Source: Nemertoderma westbladi
Lineage: Eukaryota > Animalia > Xenacoelomorpha
NCBI GenBank assembly: GCA_032718475.1
Contig: JAUCBJ010000331.1
Coordinates: 2,157-66,156 of the forward strand
Direction: 5' to 3'
DNA: 64,000 bases
Shown here: in pieces, positions 1 through 13,100 of the stretch
Layout of the letters: each line of letters begins with the position of its first letter
Numbering within the stretch: the stretch's first letter is position 1
The notes under the pieces: generated by a model
The model's database searches: none
What the model was told of the DNA's origin: nothing
Seen by the model: only the letters and a program-made list of their open reading frames with translations
Position numbers and translations under genes: made by a program

Positions 1-685
1 GGTTGCCAGACAAGTAGATCTTGTATGACCTCGTCTTTACTTCTCCAGCAGTGCCCACTGAACTGAATCTTAATTTGCGTTCACGGAGGGTGGTTGATAC
101 AGGTGGTATAGTACCATAGAGCTCGGCGTTTGTCATGTGTTGTCTCCAGCTGATGTTTAGGGCTGCCCTTAGTAGTCTTGTGTAGCAACCATCAATTCGT
201 TGTTCAAGTGATTTAGTCAGTGTCCAGGTCTCACCCCCATACACTTTCCACTGTGGCTCGAAAGAACTTAGTGTTCAGGTGCCTGGAGAGATCTGATTTC
301 CAGATTAGAGAGCAGGGCGATGTCATCCGCAAAGTCGGTGTCTGTGACTGTAGTTGCCGGATATCTACTACTTCTGCGTTCTTGAAGTGTGAATCCCAGA
401 TCTTCACCCTTTGTGGGGGTCCTCATTGCGTAATCCAGCACAATTACAAATAGTAATGGTGCTAATGTGTCACCTTGCAGTACGCCAGCCAGGATTGAGA
501 AAACTCAGTTTCACCATCTGGTGAGAGTACCTGCGCTTCTGTGTCACAATATAACAATCCAATGCCAGCAACAATTACTTCTGGTATTCCATAAGCTCTT
601 AGGATTTCAAGCATTTTATCTCTATGGATTGAGTCGAATGCCTTCATGAAGTCCACAAAAATCAAGACAGCGACAGCATTGAACC
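1..685 (-). pseudogene. Decayed non-LTR retrotransposon (RTE-like LINE) reverse transcriptase fragment
   Basis: Minus-strand translation gives FVDFMKAFDSIHR, then across frameshifts GVLQGDTLAPLLFVIVLDY and DFADDIALL, then the C-terminal ETWTLTKSLEQRIDGCYTRLLRAALNISW..GHCWR. It has frameshifts and an internal deletion and runs off the window edge. Confidence 0.85.
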
Positions 686-1873
686 TAATAATATTAATAG
701 GATAAATTATCCATATAAAATAAACGAAACATAAATTTGTAGACTTTTCGAAGGTTTGAATGATTTAGATAGTTTTATCCGGAAAACAGAAGGATCGCGA
801 ATAATTCTCTTCGGAAACAAAGATAATTTATCTGGTAAATGTTCTATATTTCCAATATCAATATCAGATAGATTTTTCATTAAACTATTTTAATATTTAA
901 TATATATATATATATATTATATGAACCGCGGTTGATGGCTGAAAATATGATAAATTATATAAATAAATCAAATTCAAATTTGTTGACCATCACTCAAAGT
1001 TGCCATTGGATACCCTAATATCTGTATGGATTAAATATTTTTATAATAATTAAATTAAAAAAAATGTTAAATTTTTTTTTATATTGATTAAATAAATATT
1101 TTTTCAGCCGTTTCCTAAACTAAGTTTATTGGATATCGTACTACTACTAGGATCGGCATGCTGCATTGCAGCTGCATTTTTAATAATGCTGTGCCGGCTT
1201 GTCGACAAAATTGCGCCGCCACAACTCCGTATCACCCATTACATTTGCTAGATCATCCGCATCTTCAAGGCCAGTGTCCTTTAAGATGCGTCTCAAGAAA
1301 GTCATGGGCTGTCCACTAGGGCGGTGCGTTTTTTACTTTTTTTCGATTTCATTGTTCTACCGGTGCACAAAAGTTGCCAAATGGTAAAAAAATAAGGAAA
1401 AAAAAATTTCTTTAAATTTCGTCTATATCTTCACGGATCCCAAGAGGGTTGAAATTTTGAGCCATCGCGATGCACCATAATGAAATTTATAGCAATATTA
1501 CACATTAATGAAAGATCAATGACTCAAGAAATAACTTCCTGCATGCATCAAATGTCATCAAATGGGTCCAAACTTAGTTAGATACCAAAGTTTATTTTTT
1601 GGATCAAGGGAACTAGTGCCACAGGCACATGGACAGAACCAACCATTTGGCGCAAGTGATGATAATTCTCAATTTTCGCGATGGCCAACTTTGAATTCTC
1701 CTATTGCATTAATAATATGCTCATTAGAACCGCAATGGCCGATTTAGTGGGGGTAGACACCTTCGAAACAAACGTAGAGCGAATAGTTCTTGAGATATCG
1801 CAGAAAATGTGAAGTCCGGCACAAGTCTACATTACCGCCTTGACGTGATATGAACAAATCCCCAAAAAAATTT

Positions 1874-2165
1874 ATTTTGAATTATCTCAAGGAATCAAGA
1901 ATAGACATATCAGTGCAACAAATTGATTTAGTGTATACAGGCACCTTCAAAATTAAAGAGTAGTCATTAATTCACTATAGTTTTTGTACAAAACGTGTGG
2001 AATGGGTCAACTCAATACCAAGTATTAATTGGTGGATATAGTCTTGACATTTTGTAAAATAACTTAAGAACTAATGACTCTACCCTTATTTTGAACGTGT
2101 ATACACCCACTACATCGATCATTTCTGTGATGTGTATATTCTTGATTCCTTGAGATAATTCAAAG
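1874..2165. mobile_element. Foldback/MITE-like inverted-repeat element
   Basis: ttgaattatctcaaggaatcaagaata (~1874) is the reverse complement of tattcttgattccttgagataattcaa (ends ~2163). Degenerate inverted similarity continues inward. Confidence 0.6.
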
Positions 2166-2563
2166 TATCATTTTTACTGTAGGATATGGTAGGTACAGCC
2201 GTACATAGGGTACAGTAATTGTATAAGTAGTAGACTAACCAACCCTCCCCTATCCACCAGAGACATGCACAAGGCGAAGGAATGCCCAGTCATTGGACTC
2301 GTCTTAGTTCTCCCAAAAATGCTTTGTAAACTTCTAATCGTATGCCAGTAGTCTTATAAATGACGGATTTTTCTCGGTCAAAAAAGCGGACTTTAATCCG
2401 GAGAAGTTATCAGTCTATTAGCCGCCAAAATTCGTAGCAATTTTTTTGACTAATTCACGCTATGTCTTTGCTGAGCTCTGATAGGCTAAAAACTGTCAAA
2501 ATACAAAGAGAATCGAGAATGGAACAGTGTTTTAATTTATTATTTCATGTTCAACATTTATCG

Positions 2564-2861
2564 GTGGTACCTACATTACATATATATGTGGTACCTACAT
2601 TACATATATATGTGGTACCTACATTACATATATATGTGGTACCTACATTACATATATATGTGGTACCTACATTACATATATATGTGGTACCTACATTACA
2701 TATATATGTGGTACCTACATTACATATATATGTGGTACCTACATTACATATATATGTGGTACCTACATTACATATATATGTGGTACCTACATTACATATA
2801 TATGTGGTACCTACATTACATATATATGTGGTACCTACATTACATATATATGTGGTACCTA
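2564..2861. repeat. 24-bp minisatellite (gtggtacctacattacatatatat) x ~12.4
   Basis: Directly visible perfect tandem copies. Confidence 0.97.
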
Positions 2862-3159
2862 ACCTACATTACATATATATTGCCATTTTATATTTTAAAA
2901 CCTAAACATTTTTTTTCATATTCACCGATTTTTTTATGATAAAGTAGTTAATTGTTTGTTTTCTAAATATAAGATTTAGTTATTTTATATTAAACCTGTA
3001 AATATTTATGGTAAATCTTATTCATTAAGTTTGATATTTGGAATATTTATTTACATTTGTTGACATTTTATTGCGAATTTAATTTGTCAGGTTAATTTTT
3101 TGTTCTATCTTATGTGTATTTAACGATGGAAGACCTTCCATGATTAAACCGTGTCCAGG

Positions 3160-3745
3160 AATATTTAGCCGTTATTCAGTGACCGCGGAACGTATTGGAA
3201 CACCAATTTTTTCTACAAATCAGAAACAGAGATAGTTCCACCTCCAGAATTGTTATTTTCGCTTTCATTCTTTACTAACAAGCGTTTTAAAAGGTTGTGA
3301 CGGTATTGCTGCTGGCTATGCAAGGATACCAAATATGTAACACAAACTGAATTTGGTTGGAAAATAGATGAGGTATGGGAATGTTCCAGAATAGGATTTA
3401 TTTATTAATTAAATATAATATAATAGCCTCGCGCTGATGCAAAACCATGCAACTTTCGAACGCCCGCATCTCAGTTATTTTATGACGAAATTCAGATTGT
3501 GTTACATATTTGGAATCCTTTCGCGGCCAGCTTTATAACAGTAGCTACAAATTACTATAAGAATGAATAATAACTGCTGTGTAAAAACGATTGTATCTAA
3601 AGAGTGAAAGCGATAATAACAATTCTGGCTAACCCAGTAAGCGGCCGGGAGGTGAAACTATCTTATGTTTCAAATTTCATTCAATCTCATTTACGATTTG
3701 TAGAAAAATTTGGCGGGGAGTCCAGGTACGGTTCCTAAATACAGT
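3160..3745. mobile_element. Degenerate palindromic (foldback) non-autonomous DNA element
   Basis: Nested inverted pairs: ttttctacaaatc/gatttgtagaaaa, ccagaattgttatt/aataacaattctgg, ccaaatatgtaacacaa/ttgtgttacatatttgg. Confidence 0.65.
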
Positions 3746-6700
3746 AACGGCACTATATTCCAGAACATGGTGTTTACTTGTGTTTAATGTAAATTCTTCA
3801 CCTAATGGGTACAGCCGTATGTATGTATGTATAATTTTTGAGGTAGCTGATAACTCGGATATTTTTACGCAAGTATTTTGTATAGATGTTGTACTACAGG
3901 AGAGACCACATGGCATGTTGGATTGCTGGTAACTTTTGCCTCAAAGAATATCAACCTAGCCACCTTCATTGTCTGTGTCGTTGTGTTTTGTTTTGAGTCT
4001 TATTAATTATAATATGTTTATTGAATACATTATTTTAACTTGCGCCGGGGGGGGGGGGTGGGTATTGATACAAATAATCCCATCTTGGTGGAGTGATTAA
4101 CTAGTCTCGGCGAATTAACAATGTTAATTATCAATTAATTAAATGAACTAACACTAAATTCAACTAGAAAGCCAGCAAGCTGGCTGGAAGGAGCCCGGGG
4201 GAAGAATCCTAGCCAAGACTATGACAAATGAACTATGTCAGTCAGCTGTAGGCCTAGTAAGTAGGCCTAAACTAAACAATTGTCTAAACTGTAAGGCGTG
4301 AGGCTAGCTGACTTTGTCGATCGTCCCACATAATAAAAAATTGAACTTTGCTACCACTAACAAAAATATAATATGAAGCAAATAATTTCATTATCAAGCA
4401 CGTTTACATGATTTAAGATTACCGAATATTTATGAAAAAATGCCCATGATGCACAACCAGGACACCGAGCGAGTGATGACCCTAAACCCACCATAGAACC
4501 CCATTTCCATACGAATATTACAACACCGGCTGCTAAGGCAATCAACCAATGCTGCATTATAGAACAAAACTAACAATAGAAAGGGGTAGCTATAGTTACT
4601 AAAACTAAAACACAAACAAAGCGCAAATATCCTAGCTGTTCCACATTAGTGTCAGTAGCTCTAGTAAGATAATAATAGTGATATCAATTTCATTCAATTT
4701 TTTGAATAAATACAAATTATATAATATATTATAGAGCAAATGTATAAACAAAAACTCAACTAATATATTATGAAAATTTAAGGTCTAAACAATATGAAAC
4801 AAAATAATACATTATCAAAGACAAATTAAATTTTAGCATCACAACAACTACTGTATATCCAAGAAATTTAACAAAACCGCAAATCAGTCAAAGTGAAAAG
4901 GAGGGACAGTTCCCCCCTTCAACCCCCCTTTAAATCAGCACAAAAGCAAAGTCGCACCCAGACCCAGTCAAGCAGAATAACCTATGGAGATAGATATTAT
5001 GACAACACACCCGGTTCTTTTAAATTTGTGTGATTTGAGTTTTATGTTCGCACCACTATTGAGTTTTATAATATTTGTAAGAAATGTTAAAACTTATCTT
5101 ATGCCAATGTAGTAATGGTATTCAAATATAATTAAATTAATTTGCACTATTAATGCTTCAGCTAAAAAATGATGCTAATCCTACAGTATGTAATAAAAAA
5201 AATAAGAATATTATTTTTAAGAACTTTCTACATATATCATATACAAAATAATCAGCGAATGATTCGTGGAGTAATAATATAATCCTACTGCAGTGGTATA
5301 ATTTATTTTTTTTATTGACAACTCAACTATTTTCTGTCTATCCCTGAGAGCTGATAAAGGATGTGTAGACTCAGACAGCAGCCAGCAGCAGGAGGGGTGT
5401 AGTCAAGAAATTCTGCCTTGATGGAATTCTATCTCAGGTAGCCCTGTGCTCAACCATTACTACACAGCTAGCTGCTGCAGCAGCTCAGGGAGGAGTTGTT
5501 ACTTTACCATTGCTTTTAATTTCGCGACAAAATAATTTCAAAAAAACGAAATATATCGAATACCACACATTGAATTGATCTGATATTTTGTAACGCGATT
5601 ACGAACCACCAAAGCAATTTACTTGTAAAATTTCAACAAAGTCGCCAGGCAGGAAGTGCCTGAACCTAGATAATTATCAGTCAGTCAGTCAGTCAGTGTT
5701 ATATATCCTGAGATTTTTACAGTAAGTATCCCGCAGATTTTTACAGTAAGTATCCCGCCTGTCGAGCGGGCTCCTAATAATAACAACAATTATAATTTTA
5801 CTTTAATTGCTTGTTTACACTTTACTGTACTAACATTTTCTAACACTGCATGTAAAGTTACAACAAAGCGAATTGTTTTTTTATGTATTTTTTTATTTTT
5901 ATTTATTGATAATTTCTATGGTATTTACTGCAATGATACTTATTAGCTTTACGAGCAAAAGTTAAGCCGTACCGGTAGCTTGTGGCATTGACTCTCGTTT
6001 ATTGTATGTTAGTTTTCGTGCTGTGGTCCTTTTCTGGCCATTTTCTTGGCATTTCAATTTTTGGTGTTTGAAATTTTATGCTACTTGTATATTTCGTCCC
6101 ACCATATAAGCACCAAAATGATACAGTAGTTGAGTTATACCTTTAATGATTTTTAAAGAGTTGTATCGTAATCACCGACCTTGAAAACCAGTATAGCTTT
6201 AGAATTACCCTACCAAAGGCCAAATATTAACAGTTTGTAATTTTTCCTACTTGTACTTTTCGTTCTGGGACACCAGAATGAAACCAAAAATGATGTTTGC
6301 ATTACCGGAAATATTTTTAACTAGTTTCATCGTGATCAGCGACCTTGATTACACCTTCAGAATTATCAAAACAAACACAACAGTTTTCAGTTTGAAATTT
6401 TTTTACGGTAACTTTTCGTCCAGGGGGACAAGAATAGCTCCAAATAGGCCTATGATGGTTACAATGCCATAAAATATTCTGAACAAGTTTTACTGTGATC
6501 AGCGACCCCGAAAACCCTTCAGTATTTTTAACTAAAACAATAAAAGAAAGTAGATTTCGACAGTAAGTGGAAGAAGCCGATTTCACCGTCAGTGTTTCTA
6601 ACAAAAACCAAACTATATTTCGCAATTAAGGGATTTAACAGGTAGGAGAAGCACTCTGTAAATTAATTACGACATACAGCCTCAGTACTAAAATATTGTA

Positions 6701-7619
6701 CAATGTGTACGTAACAGTTTAGTAGCGTAAAGTTGTTACTACCCTACCTACTGTACAGTTGCAGCTGTTATTTCCTGAAGAGTGGGGGGGGGGGGGGGGG
6801 GGGGGGGGTGACCGGGTTGAGAAGCGCCATATATTTTGGAGAGAAGTGACTGGGGAGGGGCGTGCATATAAAAATAGGCCTACTGTACGCATATTTGGCC
6901 TACCAATTGGGGTGACGTTTAGCCTGATTTAACATATCAATTTAATTTCGCGAATATTTAATTTCGATATTCACCATTTAAGGTAACATTTAAGGTATTT
7001 AATGAAAGTGTAGGTCATAATGGCAGGCTATTCTAACCAAAACAATAAACTAAATTTAGGAACACAGTTTACAGTAAAATTTTTACTTATACTGTAGCTA
7101 TAGGCACTAATTGTTTAATATTAATTTAACATTAACTATGTTAAGGCTGAAATGAAACACCAATTTATTGGCTTTTTGCCTACTGTACTGTATATAAAGG
7201 TTAACGGGAAAAATACGCTATATAACTTATAAATAGAAAGTTAAGAAAATATAATATTTTTATATTATATAAAATTTATACAGTACAACACGACCAATGA
7301 AATAGGTGAATGCGAATAAATAAATTAACAAAAGAAAACAACTCAATCGTACAGTATAGTATGTATTAAGTAGACCTACTCTGATACAAATACACACACA
7401 TAACGGCTTATCCTACTTGAGATTCCTCTTTGAAAATTTTGAATGAATCTGATTGGATGATTATGACTAATTAAATTCCGATAGATGTCATTTTGTTCTG
7501 ATAGAGCAGAAGTGTGAATAAATTTCTGATCAGAGAGTTTAAATAATGTGTTTTGAGCTCAATTTATTTTTCGATACTTCCTTGAATTTATTTCTGCTCA
7601 AAGCAAGCAAATAGTCTGT

Positions 7620-7815
7620 CGAACCAGGAGGCGACCCGAAGGCACGACCTTTCGATAACTGCTATAACCGAAGGTATGGCGGTGGGCTACTCCTATAACA
7701 AGATTTCTTCCAGTAATTCAACTGATCCTCATTTTCTTGACCCCAGTGGATGAAAGACTTAGTATACCGGCGGGGCTCGTACTTTCAACCAATAGATTGT
7801 AAGCCCCGCGGCGCT
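7620..7815 (-). mobile_element. Possible SINE/LINE-tail remnant
   Basis: ggcgacccgaagg... and ctcattttcttgaccccagtggatgaaagac resemble motifs I recall from invertebrate SINEs; recognition from memory only. Confidence 0.3.
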
Positions 7816-7881
7816 CATGGCTCTATCTATATTAAAATGTGTTATTAATTTCGCATACTTATGAGAAATAAATTATTTGGG

Positions 7882-8156
7882 CCCATGTGAAGAAAACCAG
7901 ACTTTCTGCCGTTATATTTCACTTTGCAGTTACCCCCATGTGAAGAATACCAGGTTTTAACCAAAAACACAGGTTTAGAGAAGGGCTGAATCTAGCCAAA
8001 ACAATAAACGAATTAGTATATGTACAGGTTATAAGACAGAAATAAGCGCTATAAAACACTTAATAAAGACAAATAAAAAAAAATAAAAAATCTTTATAGA
8101 TAAAATTCCAATAAAAGGTTGACCGAAAAGTGAAATCCTGGTATTCTTCACATGGG
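7882..8156. mobile_element. MITE-like element with CCCATGTGAAGAA termini
   Basis: cccatgtgaagaa(a/t)accag occurs at 7882 and ~7935, with an inverted copy ctggtattcttcacatggg ending at ~8156. Confidence 0.55.
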
Positions 8157-9020
8157 CGATTCTTTGATCACATGAAACAATAAAATCCGAATAGTACTAT
8201 TAATTATGAGAATGTAATAGCATTGAATAAAAATAACAAATTACGTCACAGCAGTGTCTTTTTATCCACTATTTTAATTTTGGCGGGCTAATTAAAAGAT
8301 CTGCTGATAAGAATCAGCTGTCAGCTGATCTCTCAGACACATGTCATCCCCATCTCAGTAAATCGGTGCCGTACAGCAGTACAGTGTCATCAGGTCAGAC
8401 CACAGACAGTAAACAGGTAACAGGGTAAAGCTGTAAAGCTGTGTAAAGCCTCTCGCTCTCACCTGTCAGCCTGTACGCCAGTACCGGTACTACAGCGCCA
8501 GACAGCAGTTCTGGCAGTAGGCTCTGTCACTGTCACACTTTGACACTGCCCGATCCCTACCAGCCTACACCTGTACACCTGTACACTGCACACTCAGACA
8601 CTGCCGCACTGTCTGACTGTATTGTCCAGTCGCCTTGCAGCCTTGTAGTACTGTAGTAGTCGTTCTACGTTGCAGGTCTCAGGTCTGCAGGTTGCCCAGT
8701 TGCCCTAGCACCTTGCTGCCTTGCTTGAACTATCTGCCTGTCGGTGTCGGTCTGTGTCAAGCTGTCAAGGTGTACGAAATAACACACAGTTATTTAGTAC
8801 ACCTTGATCTGTGTAGAGAAATTAACATTAAAAATACGAAATAAGCCAACTGCACTGCAACTGCTGTATCCTACAGTCCTACCCCTCAGTATAATTACCG
8901 GTACCAGTAGCGGAGTTCTGATATATCACTGTGTATCAGGAGGCCCCTGCATGTCAGCGTTCGCTCTGGCACTGGCGTTTCACCAGCATCAGGATATCCC
9001 ATTGTAAACACAACGAAAAA

Positions 9021-9079
9021 ATGTCGGCAAAAAACATTTACTATTCGGATAAATATACGGATGAGGAATATGAATATCG
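9021..9079 (+). CDS. CKS1: Cyclin-dependent kinases regulatory subunit (Cks1/Cks2/suc1), coding exon 1
   Basis: ATG..MSAKNIYYSDKYTDEEYEY(R) followed by the donor GTAAGT at 9080 (phase 2). Matches the Cks family N-terminus IYYSDKY.DE.YEYR. Confidence 0.96.
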
Positions 9080-9384
9080 GTAAGTTGAATATCGGTAAAC
9101 TAAAGGCATAAAATTAACCTATTTCCTACTGCTGTACTTGTCAGGGATGTTAAGAGTTCTTTTTTATTCTCTTTTTCTTTATTATTTTAGGCCTATAATA
9201 AAAGAAAATTTTTATTTATATGATAATAATTTTAGCGAATTTATTTATTGATCATGTTTTTTTATTTATTACTGAATTAGCCTAAACTAATTACTGTCCT
9301 AACTGCCTAATGCTTTAAATTGGAGTTTTTAAATTAAAATTAAATTAATATTATAAATTTACATTAAAGCTACAGTGCTGCAGT

Positions 9385-9600
9385 GCTGCAATTGCAACAA
9401 ATCTATTTCTCGTATTTTACTTCTAAATATATTTAAACTGCGCGCATTTACAACATCTGGGGGAAAACTATTCCAAATCGGCACTGCACGTTTGGTTCGC
9501 AAAACAATACTTGATAATTTGTAGTCTACAATGATTAAAAAATAATTTAAGACCTTTGCCAAGGTATTATTACGGGAGGCACTAAAAAATTAATTGTTCG
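9385..9600 (-). pseudogene. CR1/L2-type LINE 3'-end remnant in Cks intron 1
   Basis: RAVPIWNSFPPDVVNARSLNIFRSKI matches the typical CR1-group C-terminal motif R...WN.LP..VV.A.SL..FK..L. Confidence 0.65.
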
Positions 9601-10018
9601 TTTAAAATAGAACTACTATAAAACTCCAAAAGTAGTGCATAATGAGAAAATGTAAGAGTAAGTGCTACTATTTTATTTCATTGCATGACCAAGGGTTGGA
9701 AGGGAGTGAAGGACACATAAACCTCTACAGTATTATTATATGTGATGTGACCGCAATAACATAATCAATGATGTTTAGCTAACACACTTGATATTAACAT
9801 AAATACATAAAAAAAATAATCTTATATGTTCTTTTATGGTCTTTTATATAAAATGAACAACCATTTAAAAATTATTATTTTAACATCCCTGCTACTGGCA
9901 GACTAATTAAATTGAGTGGAATTTCTGACATTATCCATCCACACTGCAGATAGGTACCGGTACAGAGCTATGGTTTAGGGTTCTGTCTGCTTTTACTAAA
10001 TAAATTATTTATTTACAG

Positions 10019-10109
10019 CCACGTTATTCTTCCTAAAGATTTAGCTAAATTGGTTCCAAAATCACATTTAATGACAGAAACGGAATGGCGAAACATCGGT
10101 GTGCAACAG
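10019..10109 (+). CDS. CKS1: Cks1/suc1 coding exon 2
   Basis: Acceptor ttatttatttacag at 10018. Encodes (R)[30 protein letters not shown], with donor CAG|GTGAGT at 10110 (phase 0). Phase is compatible with exon 1. Confidence 0.97.
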
Positions 10110-13100
10110 GTGAGTGAACGGAATGGCGAAACATCGGTGTGCAACAGGTGAGTGAATGGAATGGCGAAACTTCGGTGTGCAGCAGGTGAGTGAACGGAAT
10201 GGCGAAACATCGGTGTGCAACAGGTGAGTGAACGGAATGGCGAAACATCGGTGTGCAACAGGTGAGTGAACGGAATGGCGAAACATCGGTGTGCAGCAGG
10301 TGAGTGAACGGAATGGCGAAACATCGGTGTGCAACAGGTGAGTGAACGGAATGGCGAAACATTGGTGTGCAACAGGTGAGTGAATGGAATGGCGAAACAT
10401 CGGTGTGCAGCAGGTGAGTGAACGGAATGGCGAAACATCGGTGTGCAGCAGGTGAGTGAACGGAATGGCGAAACATCGGTGTGCAGCAGGTGAGTGAACG
10501 GAGTGGCGAAACATCGGTGTGCAACAGGTGAGTGAACGGAATGGCGAAACATTGGTGTGCAACAGGTGAGTGAACGGAATGGCGAAACATCGGTGTGCAA
10601 CAGGTGAGTGAACGGAATGGCGAAACATTGGTGTGCAACAGGTGAGTGAACGGAATGGCGAAACATCGGTGTGCAGCAGGTGAGTGAACGGAATGGCGAA
10701 ACATTGGTGTGCAACAGGTGAGTGAATGGAATGGCGAAACATCGGTGTGCAGCAGGTGAGTGAACGGAATGGCGAAACATCGGTGTGCAGCAGGTGAGTG
10801 AACGGAATGGCGAAACATCGGTGTGCAGCAGGTGAGTGAACGGAATGGCGAAACATTGGTGTGCAACAGGTGAGTGAACGGAATGGCGAAACATCGGTGT
10901 GCAACAGGTGAGTGAACGGAGTGGCGAAACATCGGTGTGCAGCAGGTGAGTGAACGGAATGGCGAAACATCGGTGTGCAGCAGGTGAGTGAACGGAATGG
11001 CGAAACATTGGTGTGCAACAGGTGAGTGAACGGAATGGCGAAACATCGGTGTGCAGCAGGTGAGTGAACGGAATGGCGAAACATCGGTGTGCAACAGGTG
11101 AGTGAACGGAATGGCGAAACATCGGTGTGCAACAGGTGAGTGAACGGAATGGCGAAACATCGGTGTGCAACAGGTGAGTGAACGGAATGGCGAAACATTG
11201 GTGTGCAACAGGTGAGTGAACGGAGTGGCGAAACATCGGTGTGCAGCAGGTGAGTGAACGGAATGGCGAAACATCGGTGTGCAGCAGGTGAGTGAACGGA
11301 ATGGCGAAACATTGGTGTGCAACAGGTGAGTGAACGGAATGGCGAAACATCGGTGTGCAGCAGGTGAGTGAACGGAATGGCGAAACATCGGTGTGCAACA
11401 GGTGAGTGAACGGAATGGCGAAACATCGGTGTGCAACAGGTGAGTGAACGGAATGGCGAAACATCGGTGTGCAACAGGTGAGTGAACGGAATGGCGAAAC
11501 ATCGGTGTGCAACAGGTGAGTGAACGGAATGGCGAAACATTGGTGTGCAACAGGTGAGTGAACGGAGTGGCGAAACATCGGTGTGCAGCAGGTGAGTGAA
11601 CGGAATGGCGAAACATCGGTGTGCAGCAGGTGAGTGAACGGAATGGCGAAACATTGGTGTGCAACAGGTGAGTGAACGGAATGGCGAAACATCGGTGTGC
11701 AGCAGGTGAGTGAACGGAATGGCGAAACATCGGTGTGCAACAGGTGAGTGAACGGAATGGCGAAACATCGGTGTGCAACAGGTGAGTGAACGGAATGGCG
11801 AAACATCGGTGTGCAACAGGTGAGTGAACGGAATGGCGAAACATTGGTGTGCAACAGGTGAGTGAACGGAGTGGCGAAACATCGGTGTGCAGCAGGTGAG
11901 TGAACGGAATGGCGAAACATCGGTGTGCAACAGGTGAGTGAACGGAATGGCGAAACATCGGTGTGCAGCAGGTGAGTGAACGGAGTGGAGAAACATTGGT
12001 GTGCAACAGGTGAGTGAACGGAATGGCGAAACATCGGTGTGCAACAGGTGAGTGAACGGAATGGCGAAACATCGGTGTGCAACAGGTGAGTGAACGGAAT
12101 GGCGAAACATTGGTGTGCAACAGGTGAGTGAACGGAGTGGCGAAACATCGGTGTGCAGCAGGTGAGTGAACGGAATGGCGAAACATCGGTGTGCAGCAGG
12201 TGAGTGAACGGAATGGCGAAACATTGGTGTGCAACAGGTGAGTGAACGGAATGGCGAAACATCGGTGTGCAACAGGTGAGTGAACGGAATGGCGAAACAT
12301 CGGTGTGCAACAGGTGAGTGAACGGAATGGCGAAACATCGGTGTGCAACAGGTGAGTGAACGGAATGGCGAAACATCGGTGTGCAACAGGTGAGTGAACG
12401 GAATGGCGAAACATCGGTGTGCAACAGGTGAGTGAACGGAATGGCGAAACATCGGTGTGCAACAGGTGAGTGAACGGAATGGCGAAACATTGGTGTGCAA
12501 CAGGTGAGTGAACGGAATGGCGAAACATCGGTGTGCAGCAGGTGAGTGAACGGAGTGGCGAAACATCGGTGTGCAGCAGGTGAGTGAACGGAATGGCGAA
12601 ACATCGGTGTGCAGCAGGTGAGTGAACGGAATGGCGAAACATTGGTGTGCAACAGGTGAGTGAACGGAATGGCGAAACATCGGTGTGCAGCAGGTGAGTG
12701 AACGGAATGGCGAAACATCGGTGTGCAGCAGGTGAGTGAACGGAATGGCGAAACATTGGTGTGCAACAGGTGAGTGAACGGAATGGCGAAACATCGGTGT
12801 GCAGCAGGTGAGTGAACGGAATGGCGAAACATCGGTGTGCAACAGGTGAGTGAACGGAATGGCGAAACATCGGTGTGCAGCAGGTGAGTGAACGGAATGG
12901 CGAAACATCGGTGTGCAACAGGTGAGTGAACGGAATGGCGAAACATCGGTGTGCAGCAGGTGAGTGAACGGAATGGCGAAACATCGGTGTGCAGCAGGTG
13001 AGTGAACGGAATGGCGAAACATCGGTGTGCAACAGGTGAGTGAACGGAATGGCGAAACATCGGTGTGCAGCAGGTGAGTGAACGGAATGGCGAAACATCG

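Noticed and set aside
2462-2939. Repetitive ORFs (VVPTLHIY)n and (WYLHYIYM)n
   Set aside because: These are translations of the 24-bp minisatellite.
6785-6808. Poly-G tracts (also ~33880, 61786, 63540) as functional G-quadruplexes
   Set aside because: Homopolymer runs are common in this window, and nothing links them to a function.
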